Shown here one piece after another: positions 50,154-63,698 of a stretch of DNA of 64,000 nucleotides. Made by a program: the position numbers and the translations under genes. The notes under the pieces were generated by a model. That model saw nothing but the letters and a program-made list of their open reading frames with translations. It searched no databases and was not told the origin of the DNA. Within the stretch, counting starts at the first letter, position 1; every line of letters begins with the position of its first letter. Source of the stretch: Eremomyces bilateralis CBS 781.70. Lineage: Eukaryota. Location: the NCBI GenBank assembly GCA_010015585.1, contig ML975163.1, one strand, 5' to 3'.

Positions 50154-52031
50154 CACCACCTATCGATTCCGCGTCGCCCACTCGTACGAGAATAGCCTCG
50201 TCCCCTGGCCTTTTCCCAAAGCCGGATTTGATTCCGCGTCACCAACGACTATGGAATTTCGCACCGCCCCAATACGTAATCCCCAAGCTCTTTCTAATCC
50301 CAACCACTCCTCGATGATCGATCAGGCTCCCGATCCAGTATTGATTACTGAATCCAAGACACCGCGTGTAGGGTGCGACGTTGCAAATTTAGAAACAACC
50401 CAGAGCGTTCCTCTGAGTCACTGTGTGAATCCTCTGCGAATCTCACGCTCGGCTGCCTATCGCGCGGATATCCGCGTCACCGGAGGGCGGAGATGCGTCC
50501 GGTCGAATGCATCCGGTCGAGACGGGGTATATTGGATATTAGCTAAGTAAGTATCTTGGCGGTTGGGGTTGGCATTAGGTTTGGTGTTGCTTTGATCGAG
50601 ATGCGTAAGAATGTTGATTACGATGCCTGGACGTACGTGTATCTGATCGGGATGTGTGATGTACCATATGGGGATTGGCGGTGTGGCTGTGCAGTTTAAT
50701 ACCAGACTCCAGTCCACACACAGCAGTACAATGAATGGAAGCTGCACAACGTGAAGGCACCACTATTCCGACAACTTCTCCTTCACCTCATTCTTTCGTC
50801 CAATCTTCTTATTGCCTATACCGACAGCGGAATCAACTCCAAGTCTGCTGACCTCTCCCTTTGTTCCCCCTCTCCGACATAATATTACCCAGCGTATTGG
50901 CGGTCCTATTGACGCCAGCCGTCTGTCGCCAGATCACCCGATCTCAACTCTGTGATACTTCCCTCCATTCGCGCCTCGGACTCCCACCCCGTGCCAAATC
51001 ACGTTCCGGTGACTTGCAACGTCCTCCAGTCTCCCCCGTGACCCTCTCCCCCGATATTCGTACTCCATCGTTGTATTGTACCGCTTCCCTCCCCTCCGTC
51101 CCTATACCGCGCTTCAACGGACTGCACTACGCGCCTGTCATCCAGACGTTCCAGACCCTCTCCACTCCCCATCTCTCGAACAAGGTTCTCGGAGCGTCGG
51201 AGATCGTCAATTCTCCGGCCCACCTGACCGATCCACGAAGTCTCATATGATTCGAATTCGAGACACGGAGGAGTAGGACGGAGGTGATCCCGTTGAGACA
51301 CGCGTCTTGATAAATTACCGCGCTATGGATCTGGATTACAGGGCGTAGGGATGGGGTTATATTTGGTAATACGGTAAGCCATCCACGCCATGGAATGTGA
51401 AGCGCTGGGTAAGCGAGAGCCGAGCGGAGATGCCGGCAGGGGTACTGCCCACCGTGATTGGCCCGATGACGTAGGAGTTATGACCGATTCCTTGCTCAAT
51501 TTTCTGCGATCCATCGTAGATTCGTAGGGCGTCGAGGCGGATCTCATGGATGCATTGGAGGCGATGACGGCATGAGGGAGATGGAAGGGTTAGGGGATCG
51601 GTGGGATGGGGTTTTTGGGTTGGGGGATGAGTTTACGGTGGGAAGGGGATGGGATTTTGAGGGGGTGGGAATTTATGTACCTGGGTAATGCGAGAGGGGA
51701 TGACGGAATGTAATATGTATCCGAAGACTTCGAGCGATATGTTGAGATCGAGATAAACGTGCTCACGGAAGGCTTGAACTGCTGTGGAGTGCTTGCGTAG
51801 ATGGGCAAATGAAAGTCACGATTGCTAGGGGACGTTACCATTTGAGTATGGTACGGAGCTGTTGATATATTTCTCTACTACCGCCGTCGTCAGTAACAAA
51901 CGAGAAAGTTTTGCATATGCACGAGCGAATAAGAATTGAGAAAACGCGAGCCAAATCATAAATGCTCTGATATTTAATGCATCATAAATCATATCGCCAT
52001 GCGGCTATCTGTCTGTATCCTTAGTTCCCTA

Positions 52032-52048
52032 CATATATATATATATAT
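52032..52048. repeat. (AT)n microsatellite
   Basis: Run of about 8 AT units. Confidence 0.8.
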
Positions 52049-52991
52049 CGCACAAATGCAATCTTTGGCTCCCAACCAACCCAACAATTTTCAACGCAAC
52101 TCATCGCTCGTCTATTCCATCCATATTCGTACAAGATACATTGCAACCCGACAGTCGACGGACGATCGAGTCATCCCGTCCATTACACAGCCCGGCCCCG
52201 CCTAGCCAAGCCCAGGATCCTAAATGCTCGCGTCGCGGAAAAACGTGAATAGTCATCAGCGCCAAAATGCCCGTCATGAATGCCTGATCCCCCGGGCCCA
52301 GTCTTTTTCTTAGCAAAACGCAGCCTAAACCAAAGGAAAAAAAGGAAACGCAGTAGAAAATCTTCGTCATCCCAGTGAACCCAGTGCCCAACCGCGAGGC
52401 GGGGGGGTATGTAATCGCTCTGAATGCATGAATCCGAAACACAATAACAACCCAATGAGATGCAGGAGATTGGTACAGTACAGGTAGGTATAAGAAATAT
52501 TCGACATCGTAAACCCAAATAGAAAACGAGGCCGATCACCAGGTGGCGTGAGCAGGTCGGTCAGGTCACGGCCTTTCCCGCCACGAGTCATGTAGCCCTG
52601 CCGCCAGGTGTCACCCGATGAATAGGCTAATGAACTAGCAACATCGCATCGGGATTCCGACCGGATTGGGAAATCGATGATGAGTGGTTCGCGAGGTGAG
52701 GTGAGGCGAGGAGTGATTATTTCAGGGAATCTCGGGGTTAACGGCCAAGGCGACGCCGACGCCTATGACAAGGCGGGGCTGACACGAAGGCGGCGCAGAG
52801 GAGGATGCCAACCCATGTACACAACGTTCAGGGTGAGGATGCGGTGCCTGTATGTGATCACAAATTGAGGTGCGGAATAACGATAGGATTTCGGATGGTT
52901 CGTCAACGCGTCCAGGTAACGACCTGTTCGTGATGACTCATCCTCTACCCCTAAACGCGACACCGACCTCTGAGTTATCACCGATCACTAC

Positions 52992-55124
52992 TCAACCCCT
53001 CGACCCACCCCGTCGCCGATGCTTCCCCGGGAAGTCCACCTCAGGATGCACCACGCGCATATGTCTCGTCAACGCATCGCTGCGACTAAATGTCTTATCC
53101 TCGACGCAGAGCGCACACCGCACCTTTTGTTTCCGCACGTTGTGGATGGTGTCCTCGTGGCGGGTCAGATCGTACGGCCGGCTGAAGACGGCGTTGCACG
53201 GCTTCCCGGTGGTAGGGTTGGTGCGGCCGCAGCGGTGGGGCCCGGTCTGCGAGTTGCGGGCCATCAGCTCTGAGGGCGACATGCCAGAACCGACACCAGG
53301 GGTGACGCCGGTGGGGTTTTGGCGGTGAGCGTCGCGTTTGTGTTTTTGGAGCTTTTGAGGGGTGGAGAAGCGATGGGGGCAGCCGTGGTAGGTGCAAGAG
53401 TAGGTGCCGGCGTCCGGGAGGGTGGCGGTGGGGTGTTGGGTGGGAGGTGAGCGGTGAGCGGGGAGGGGTTGTTGTGGTGGTGGGCGTTGCATGAGTTGCG
53501 GTTGTGTGGTGGGTGGTTGGAAGGCGTTGTTGTTCTCGTCGGCGAGGTCGGAAATGGAGGTCTCCATTCTGGGAAGAGATGCCGGGAAGGTTGGCTCGTC
53601 GGCGGCCGATCGAGGGATGTAGCCGTTGTTCTGGGGGTATCCCATGTTCATGTTGGGTATGGCGGTCGGACCGAACCCAAACTCATTGGCGAACGGTGCA
53701 GACGTGGCGAACTGCGTGCTCGTGACATTGGGTTGACTCCAGGCTGCCGTCGATGAGGTGGCGAGATCGAAGTTCTGATCGGATGGCTGCGAACCGTTGC
53801 CACCCATAAATTGGAAGTCGTTGGTATCATCCGGGAAGAGCGGTGCTTTCGCGTCCTCCTCGGACTCGTGATAGTCCAAGACAGCATCCTTGGGGGAGAT
53901 GGTCTTCAGTTGCTCTCTCCCTTGAGGTTGTGGCTGTTGGTACGTCATGTCCGGCTTGGGTTCTTGTCGAAGCCACGGTGAGTTCTGTCGGAAAGGCGAG
54001 GCGCCTCGAGAGGAACTGATGGGTGACTTGACTCTAGCGTTCTGAGCCGCTTGAAGTCGCTCGTTGACGATGCGGTAGTTCGGCGACAGCAAGTTGCTGC
54101 CTGCATTGACTTTCGGCATATTCCTTACTGCACCGACGTTCTGCTGGGGATACATGGCTTCAGAGAAGTCCACTTTCCCGTACATGTTGGGATTCATGTT
54201 GTCTGCGTCGTCGTCCGACAGTAAGTAATCGTTCATCCAGTCGTCAATCTTCCAGGAGACAGTCTCACCGTTGGACGGAGCCTTTAAGCCGTCGTCGAAA
54301 TCATCTTCGTGAACCGTGTGGGGAGTGATGGGGGAGTTATGTCCGAGACTCGACACTGAATGTCGAGTCGAGTGTGAAAACGGTGGCAATTCGTTCTCAT
54401 CGCCCATTGATGACGTCTCCATCAGTGCCTGGCGCATCGCATTGGTTGCGTTCATGGCTGGCTCGAATCCGGAGGTCGAGTTATTAAACATGCTTGGGTG
54501 AGATGATGCCAAGAAGCCGTCTTGGGTTGGGGTTTGCGAAGGAGTAGGCAGATGGTTCGAGAAAGGTCGTCCGTCTTCCGCGTAATATGACTCAGTCTTG
54601 TTGATTGGTAAAGGATGGCTCGAGGCTTGGCCACTCGAGTACTGCGATGGAAAATGTCCTTCGGTCGCGTGACCTGCAGGATAGGATGCCAGTGAGGGAT
54701 TAGCGTTCTTTGGCGATGACTGGGCTTGTTGCTGAGGTCTTCTCATTATCGGCTGCTGTATTGATGTGGATTGCATGTTTCCGTTTCCGTTGCCGTTCAG
54801 AAACGAGTTCTGGCCCGCAACGTTCGACAACTGCGTCCAGACGTCCGGTGGAGGAGGATTCGGCGAGTATTGTTGCACCCGAATGGAAGGGTTCTGGTAA
54901 GTGTAGGCGTCCGTCATAGACTGGTCGTTATTTGACAGTGTGTTCTGTGGTTTTTGAATCGATGCCTTGCGATTGTTCTGAGGAATCGATGACGTCGGGT
55001 TGATATAGGAAGTGAGGTCGTACGGAAGCTGGTGCGATGGCGACGGTGATGCGAAGTCGATTGCAGAATAAGAGTCCTGTTGAAACGGCGAATGTTGAGA
55101 AGTAGGATATTGGGCGGCGAGCAT
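52992..55124 (-). CDS. RPN4: C2H2 transcription factor, Rpn4-like
   Basis: C-terminal fingers CGRTNPTTGKPCNAVFSRPYDLTRHEDTIH and CALCVEDKTFSRSDALTRHMRVVH match the Rpn4 pattern (FSRxYDLTRHxxTIH, TFSRxDALTRH). Confidence 0.85.
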   Translation of the reverse strand: MLAAQYPTSQHSPFQQDSYSAIDFASPSPSHQLPYDLTSYINPTSSIPQNNRKASIQKPQNTLSNNDQSMTDAYTYQNPSIRVQQYSPNPPPPDVWTQLSNVAGQNSFLNGNGNGNMQSTSIQQPIMRRPQQQAQSSPKNANPSLASYPAGHATEGHFPSQYSSGQASSHPLPINKTESYYAEDGRPFSNHLPTPSQTPTQDGFLASSHPSMFNNSTSGFEPAMNATNAMRQALMETSSMGDENELPPFSHSTRHSVSSLGHNSPITPHTVHEDDFDDGLKAPSNGETVSWKIDDWMNDYLLSDDDADNMNPNMYGKVDFSEAMYPQQNVGAVRNMPKVNAGSNLLSPNYRIVNERLQAAQNARVKSPISSSRGASPFRQNSPWLRQEPKPDMTYQQPQPQGREQLKTISPKDAVLDYHESEEDAKAPLFPDDTNDFQFMGGNGSQPSDQNFDLATSSTAAWSQPNVTSTQFATSAPFANEFGFGPTAIPNMNMGYPQNNGYIPRSAADEPTFPASLPRMETSISDLADENNNAFQPPTTQPQLMQRPPPQQPLPAHRSPPTQHPTATLPDAGTYSCTYHGCPHRFSTPQKLQKHKRDAHRQNPTGVTPGVGSGMSPSELMARNSQTGPHRCGRTNPTTGKPCNAVFSRPYDLTRHEDTIHNVRKQKVRCALCVEDKTFSRSDALTRHMRVVHPEVDFPGKHRRRGGSRG

Positions 55125-58100
55125 CGTCCGTATGGATGGTTAGGAGTGATATCGGAGTGATGGATGATGTATGAGGATCAGAAAGCGACCAGCAAGGGAA
55201 GGGTGGCAAGTCCAGTTTATATCGAGGGCACCAAAGGGACGTCAATTGGGGTGACGGGGTGATTGGACCCACTCGGCCCGAAAGGAAACCCAAAGACTTA
55301 AGATGCCAAAGATTGATGCCAAGGTGCCGCTGGGCCTCAACCCTTTTCCGGTTTCCAAATTCCGGTTTCCAAGGTGGATTGGTAATTGGGGAGATGTAAC
55401 TTGGTAAGAGTTGGTAAGAAATCTTGGGAATGGTCAGATACTCGGTAACTGGCGGAATCCGAAGGAAAGCCGCTTCGGACGTAGGACGGGATTCGATGAG
55501 TAATGTGCGACAGGCCAAGTCCAGATGATTCGGCCGAACGGAGATTGGGATTGACTTGGACGGGTTTAGAGCGGTGCAGATGTTAAGTAAATGGAGGATT
55601 GTTGGATTGCATTGATTATTTCCTTTGTCATGCAGTGGGAGCGGGATCAGTAGCGATTTATTGACGTATTTACAGGAACAATGAAGTAAATTCGGCCGCT
55701 TACATAGAAGAAATCATCTGGTGGGATGAACCACCACAAGTCATCACAGGAATGAGGAGGGTATCCCGCAAGGGTTTTTCGCGCCAAGGGTCAAGGGTCA
55801 GGGAGGGTTCTTTCCCTTTTCCTGAGCCATTGACTAATTAAGGGTCTCCACACGTCATAGCGACCGGGGTGGCTGTGCATTGCTCACCAATCACTTAACC
55901 CATTCCGTCCATCCTGCATTAATCCTGCACCAATCTGCATAGAAGTCGTCTAGAAGAACCTTTTTATTACCGTGCAGAAAATTTATACTAAACCGGTGTA
56001 CTATATGTCTCCCTGTCTAATCGGAGCCTACCGTTGTCTAGAACCTCCTCGTTCCCGCCAGTGCGCGTTCCCCTAAACTCTCCATCGGAACTGATCATCC
56101 GTCTGCGAAACACCACTTATGCACCATCGTGAATTCCGCGGCCGGCCTTCTTTCACTGCCGCCTGTCAATTCTGCAACACCATGTGCCGTGTGCATTTTT
56201 CAACGGGATGGACTGTCCGGTTTGAGACGCAACTGCGGAGATGCTTGCGAGGGGTGGGGTGTCTGTGCTGGAGATCGGACCTGTGGCTGAGATCGAGCCA
56301 CATCTCCACGCGGCTCCAAGGGCTGCAGGACGCCGGCAGCCGATACCTTTAGACTAAGATCTCATTCAACTTGGTGGTGGTCGCTACTAGGACTGGATCT
56401 GGTTGGATACTATTCCATCTATAGGTACATACTGCGGAACTCGTCACTCAGCTTCCATAGAGCCTGTCGCATGACCTCGAACTTCTCACCATTGTTCTCT
56501 TCTAATTTCCAGCACAAAAGGATGCGGCTCAAAGAATCCCAGCCTAGTCAGGACAAACAATGCACCTCATCCTGCAAGTCAGCTCCTTTCCCTCGTGGCC
56601 ATCAGCCTTCACTACCCAATCGCATGGACCGTGAATGGCCCCTCTCCACGTCCCTTCTCTCTCCTTTTCCGACCCAGCGGAAATAGGACACCAATTACAT
56701 AATCCGCGATGGATCCCATGCTGAGCATTGAGAATTCTGGAGCCTCCCAGCTGCCTTGTTTCTGTGCCGATCTTTCTATCATGTCGCTGGAGTCGTACTG
56801 GCTGGCGGAGTGCCCGTATGATCAAGTTATTTGCAGCGACTATTGAAGGGACAAGCCGACCTGGGCCATGATACCCCATCCTCCCGTTCCCATTGGCGCA
56901 TAACTTGGAATCCGCGGGAGACCTTGAACAGTTAAGCCACAATCGTCCATCACATGCTTCGAACCTCTCCATCCATTACGTATCATCCCCTTCGCAGAAA
57001 TTTCGTCCACCAACGAAAAGGAGAATCTGTAGCATCTCCGAGAAAATTCTCGCTCAAAAAATGCGAAATCCGACCGTCTGGACCCTGCATATGCAAGGAG
57101 AAATTGAGTTTGGGTGAGGCAGTGCTTCCTGTACAAGAAATATTCGATCGTCGGGCCAGCCCTACGAACCAATGGTTGAGACCGCGTTCTGAATCCATGA
57201 TTGGGTACACCCGTTATCGCTAACCATATTGGGATGCTGGCGCCGCCAAGGACGGTCGCTCCGATGAATCCAGATTGGCTCATCGACGCTTGTCGAATCA
57301 ACATCCCTGTCGCTGCATACAAGTTGAGGTTTTCAACATTTTTCTCCGCGCTGCAAGTACCGAAAGAACGAACCAGCAGGAACCAGAATCGAATTATTCA
57401 ACGGGATGAATAACCCCCTCGCACAGTCCGATACCTCGGCTCGGCACCGCAATACGGCACCCGACCGATCCAACTGCACCGCCTCAAGCCACCTCATCCA
57501 GCCACGCTCACCAACGGCTGAACACCGGGCCATCGGACTGCCGACTCGGACAGACCCTAGACCCTGGTCACCTCAGCGATCGTTACCGGTTCCATGGTGC
57601 CGATCCAGCGTCACTGCCGTCCACAATTCCGGGCGGGTGTAAATCACCGTACGTCAATTGTCGATTTCGTGAGATCTTGATTTTGGCGCATCGAAAGCGG
57701 CCGAACTGCGTAGAGAGATAGCGGTTGAGAGCACGTCATGTTTGTTTCGTGAGGTGACAGGACTCAGGATTTAGGAGTCTGGATTGTCGAGATGCTGTTG
57801 AGGATATCCTACTCAACCAAAGGTTGCCTTAGCACTCCGTAGTGCCCGTTCTATTTGATTGTTCCTATATTTAGATGTTATTGGTCACCTAACGTTATCC
57901 CTTTATCATGACTGTCGCAACTCGCAAGCGATGGCTCAACGGTTCGTATATCGAGAATTTACGATCATCGATGCAAGATTCAGGAGACCTTCCCGCTGTG
58001 GCTTGACCATGCACCTTCCTTCTACAACTGCAGCCGACATCTCTCAATATGATCGACCAATATACCCCAACTCTAATCTTAGAACCCGCAATTCCACTTC

Positions 58101-61100
58101 ATCTATGATCCGTACGAACAATATATTGACATCCTACATCAACCCCGATCCCGTTCCCCAATCTAGACAATCTACCCAGCAACCCCTTTTCCATCCAACA
58201 TCCACCCCACGTCGTTAAAATCACGTTGCATCGTCAGTTCGCGGCCCTCACCAATCGCCAGGGTCGCCGGGTTAAAATAGTCCGCTCCCTGAATCTGTCG
58301 CGCTCTAGACCACGGACCCTCAACGTTGAGCAACCGCACATGCAACACCACGGCACGTACGGCTTCTTGACACTGCGCAACGCCAAAAAGGCAAGTCGCA
58401 CGAAGACACAAAGTTTATTTGATTATTATTTTTCCCGAATCAGTTCCATCCTCCTTATTTCTCATTTCATGCAGCATCGGACCCCCGTGCGGATGTAGAG
58501 ACTGCGCTGTGCGGAATTTGCGACCCCATAGGAGTTGATGACGAGAGCAAGTCGCTCGCTGCGATTCGTTCTGTCCTGCCGCTTTTTCGCTCCCACCACG
58601 CGATTCCTGAGGGCCGAATGCCGATCAGTTCATCGTTATAGATCACCCAGACACGATACCAATGCCATGCGACAACGTACGACTTGGCATCCGATTCCTC
58701 CATTCGGCGAATGGGTACGGGAGTGTTTAGGTCCTGGATGAGGTGGGGACGATAGTAAGAATAAAGAAAGCGATTCCGGAAACGGATTACTATTCCGCGA
58801 TCGTGCGGTGGGTGTCAGAGCTGGAAATCTGACACGGATGAAGTGGACACGCTCAAGATTATTTGTGCGTTCACAAATTTCGAGGATTTTCAGTTGAGGG
58901 TGTGGGATTCATTACCTATACGGATTACGGAGGTAGGAGGTCGCGAGAAACCGTATTCGTTCTCTTCGAAAGGTAAACATCACCACCTCGTACCTCCAGG
59001 CTGTCTTGTTGGGTCCTCGGGGTTCGCTCGGGCACTAGGTATCTAGGCGGCGGGCGGCGTCTCCCTAAGTCCGCGCCCGACTTCAGCCCTATACGCCCGC
59101 CATCGGTGACACCATTCGTCCGACTCCATCGCACCCCGGATCTTCACGCAATCAACCAGCACGATGCGTCGTATCCACGGTACCTATGTTTCAACTTTCA
59201 ATCGCTGCCATCGTGGCAAAACGATCTTCACGAGCAACGGCATCACAGCACGTTTTTACTCCGTGTAACAAATCGGCGCAATAAGGTCGTCTTGGTTCGG
59301 AGTTCGGTAATTTACTTGGTGCCCGGAATTGCTACTGCTGATGTAGGAGCGCGTTGGACGGGATGATGCTGACTTGGACTCCGGAGCGGCGTATTTGACA
59401 AAGCATCTGACTTGGTAACTATGGGACATCGAGGTGTCGAGGCAGGTCTGGAGATAAGTATCTTTCGACACCCGTGATGAAGAGCCAGGACCGTAATAGG
59501 CGAGTGGTAGCACCTCGCAAGTCACATCAGTAATCGCGAACAGTAGGGGTTACGACATGCGGCTTACCTCTCCTCGATGCCGCAACCTCGCCGTGTCGCA
59601 AGATTCCAAATTCTAGTTGCGCAGAACCACTCGAGATGATGCCGCTGCGTGCGGCGGGAGCAGGTATCTGTTGTGAGCCTACCTACTTCCTTGGTAGCCG
59701 AACGAATCTCACCGTCAAAGCCTACCGAGACGCTGTCGAAATAGAAGCCATTTCCCGTTCATGTGGGGGGGCTGGCCTCGATGCTGCAGCGGTGCGCTTC
59801 ATGGCCACGCGGGTGTCTGTGAGAATGGCAACAACGCTGACGAAGTCGCACCGAGCCGCCCGGTATGCTCGGGTGTGGGCCATGAACGGACCACTCATGG
59901 GATGAGCTTAATATTTGTTATTACAAGGAGGAGATTATTCATCCGCGCCGGACCATGTGGACTTGTGGGATGACTGTTTCCCCTTCCCTTCCAGCTTAGG
60001 TCTCTCAGTGATTCTTCGTCCTGCAGTTTCGATATGACTAGGGCCGTTTGCTTTGTTCGGGTTATGTGTCTATCGCCTATGTATAGCAAGTCAGTCCCCA
60101 GTCCTCTAGTCTCAGGGGAACCAGTCCCCAACCTCTACGGCCTTTGCTCGGTTGGATGCGGGTTGAGCCTTCTCCTCGTTGTACTCTGATCTGACAATGT
60201 TGCCTACGACGCGATTCTGAGGTCTATGGAGTATAGTGAATAGGGGAACATGGCTTGAAATAGAAGAAGTAGGTGCCCGCTTAGCGCTGAATGATAGCAC
60301 AGGCTTCCTCGATGGTAACCCACATCAATGACTAGTAATAAGCCTGAAGTCACACCGAGTGATAATATTGCAATGGGATGTGACTGTTTGGGGACCTAGG
60401 CGTCGTCCTAGCTGTATTTTGGTGTCCCCAAATACTGCGAAGAAGCCGATAGACTCGAGCCATTGCGTATCTCATCGATCTGGATACTCTTCGAAGGGTA
60501 TAGAAAGCCAAGAGTGCACCAGCTGCTTATTAGACATCAATACAAGCATGTTGTCGAATCAAGGCGTGAGTACAACACACAGCTAAAGTATGGGTACTGA
60601 CGGATTCGTGCATGTTATGAGCCAGAGACATGGTCGGCAAAGTCTGAGGCCAAGATGTTAGCTGTGTAGAAATATACTCGCATTCGAACCGTCAAATGGA
60701 GTGCCAACCTCAAGTCCGATCTTGGGCAGCCTGTGGACACTGGCCTAACCTCTCTTTCTGACCATGATGCCGGAGTTGATTGTTCAGACTTTTCCCGTCT
60801 TCCATTCCCTTGGTCCCATTGGAAAATCCTAGCCTCAATCTGAATGGAACAACATTTATTTTGTAAGGACCCATCAAAAATGATATCCTGCCATGAGAGA
60901 CATCTCACCCCATCACCACAGATCTAAAAAGATCTGCCAACTTGAATCGTGAGAGAATAACATACTACCTAAGCCGGCTAGCGTGAGGCAACACCGACCT
61001 CCTTCTAGCCTTGCGGAGTTTTGTCGCCTCACTCCGACCGCTTTTATGAGTGACCCTCACTGCGGGGCACATCTTCAAAAACCTTCCCACTTTCCACACC

Positions 61101-61130
61101 CAGTCGTCCTTTCGCAATTGTGCTGTAGCC

Positions 61131-62712
<1,582 letters not shown>

Positions 62713-62981
62713 GCGTCTGGTCCCGTCGACTCGTATTTTTGGAGGGCAATTGTGAACCATTGCATGTGGCCACTCCCGTGAATTCAGTACTACCGGACAC
62801 CAGTATTCCCGTCGATCATAAACGAAGAAAAATGACAGTCCAATGATCCATCAATATTCATCTTTGCAGTGTCATGAACACCAGGCCTACGTGGACATAG
62901 TTGAGGTTTCTCTCCAGCAAGACGGTGACGCGATCATTTGCGCCACTGGCTTAAATAGGTACTACAGAGATTGTAGATAGA

Positions 62982-63089
62982 ATGTTTATCAGATACCGTC
63001 GTAGAAATTATCAGCATCAGACTCCAACACCACACAGGGTTTGTGGAGCCTCTCAGTGCTTGACTCAAAACGAATCATCATGTAAACAT
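62982..63089 (-). ncRNA. snR79: Box C/D snoRNA, snR79-like (18S Cm1007-equivalent guide)
   Basis: Minus strand: 7-bp terminal stem ATGTTTA/TAAACAT, box C ATGATGA (63081-63075), D' CTGA (63056-63053), C' ATGCTGA (63017-63011) and box D CTGA (62992-62989). Guide CTACGACGGTAT is complementary to conserved 18S AUACCGUCGUAG; the D+5 rule gives the second C (yeast C1007, numbering from memory). Confidence 0.88.
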
Positions 63090-63210
63090 CTATCCCAACC
63101 CTCCAATTGCCAACGGCAAATTTTTCTGATCCGTCTCCTTCGACAGAGCCAGGCGTGCGCACCAAAGAGTTTGCGGTGCACACCCATCCGGATCGGTCAA
63201 AAGATAGAGA

Positions 63211-63698
63211 TCCCACAAACTCCTCGCGTCAAGAATAAGCCCCATCGAGTATCCCCACCCGCTGGATCATCTCCCTCAGTGAAGAGAAAGGTAGACCCAG
63301 CAGGCGCAGGCAATCGCATAACTGTGTAACTCGACGAATAGTAGAGCCCCCACCCACCGTATTCCACCATCTCATCCACACAGCCACCATGTCCCTCCTC
63401 CCATACCCGACCTCCACCGCACTGCGAGACACCGCTCGGCCCCTGGCCGTAGCCAGGAAGCTTCGCGGGCTACAGTGCAAGCGAGCGGCAGGGAGTGCAG
63501 ACGGAACATGGCGCGGGAACAAAGACGACAGGATGAGCGGAGGCATTGAGGTAAGCCGTGAAGCATGCTTCTATGGCGGCGCGTTTCCGCAAATCCAGCA
63601 CACGAGGCGCTGGGACATCCGGGGACTTTCTCCCAAAGTGCAGTGCCAGGTAGACAACGCACTTCGACTGCGATTCTTCGAGCGAGGAGTTTGTGGAA
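63211..63698 (-). ncRNA. NME1: RNase MRP RNA
   Basis: Minus strand: 17-bp P1 terminal helix (63682-63698 with 63211-63227, one G-U), P2 AATCGCA/TGCGATT (63675-63669 with 63318-63312), CR-I GAAAGTCCCC (63630-63621), CR-V GGGGCTTATTCT (63243-63232) forming P4, and CR-IV-like ACAGTTA just before the 3' strand of P2. Confidence 0.9.

Noticed and set aside
63211..63698. RNase P RNA or a MITE (because of the terminal inverted repeat)
   Set aside because: The GAAAGTCCCC/GGGGCTTA P4 signature is MRP-type, and the inverted repeat is helix P1, with P2 also present.
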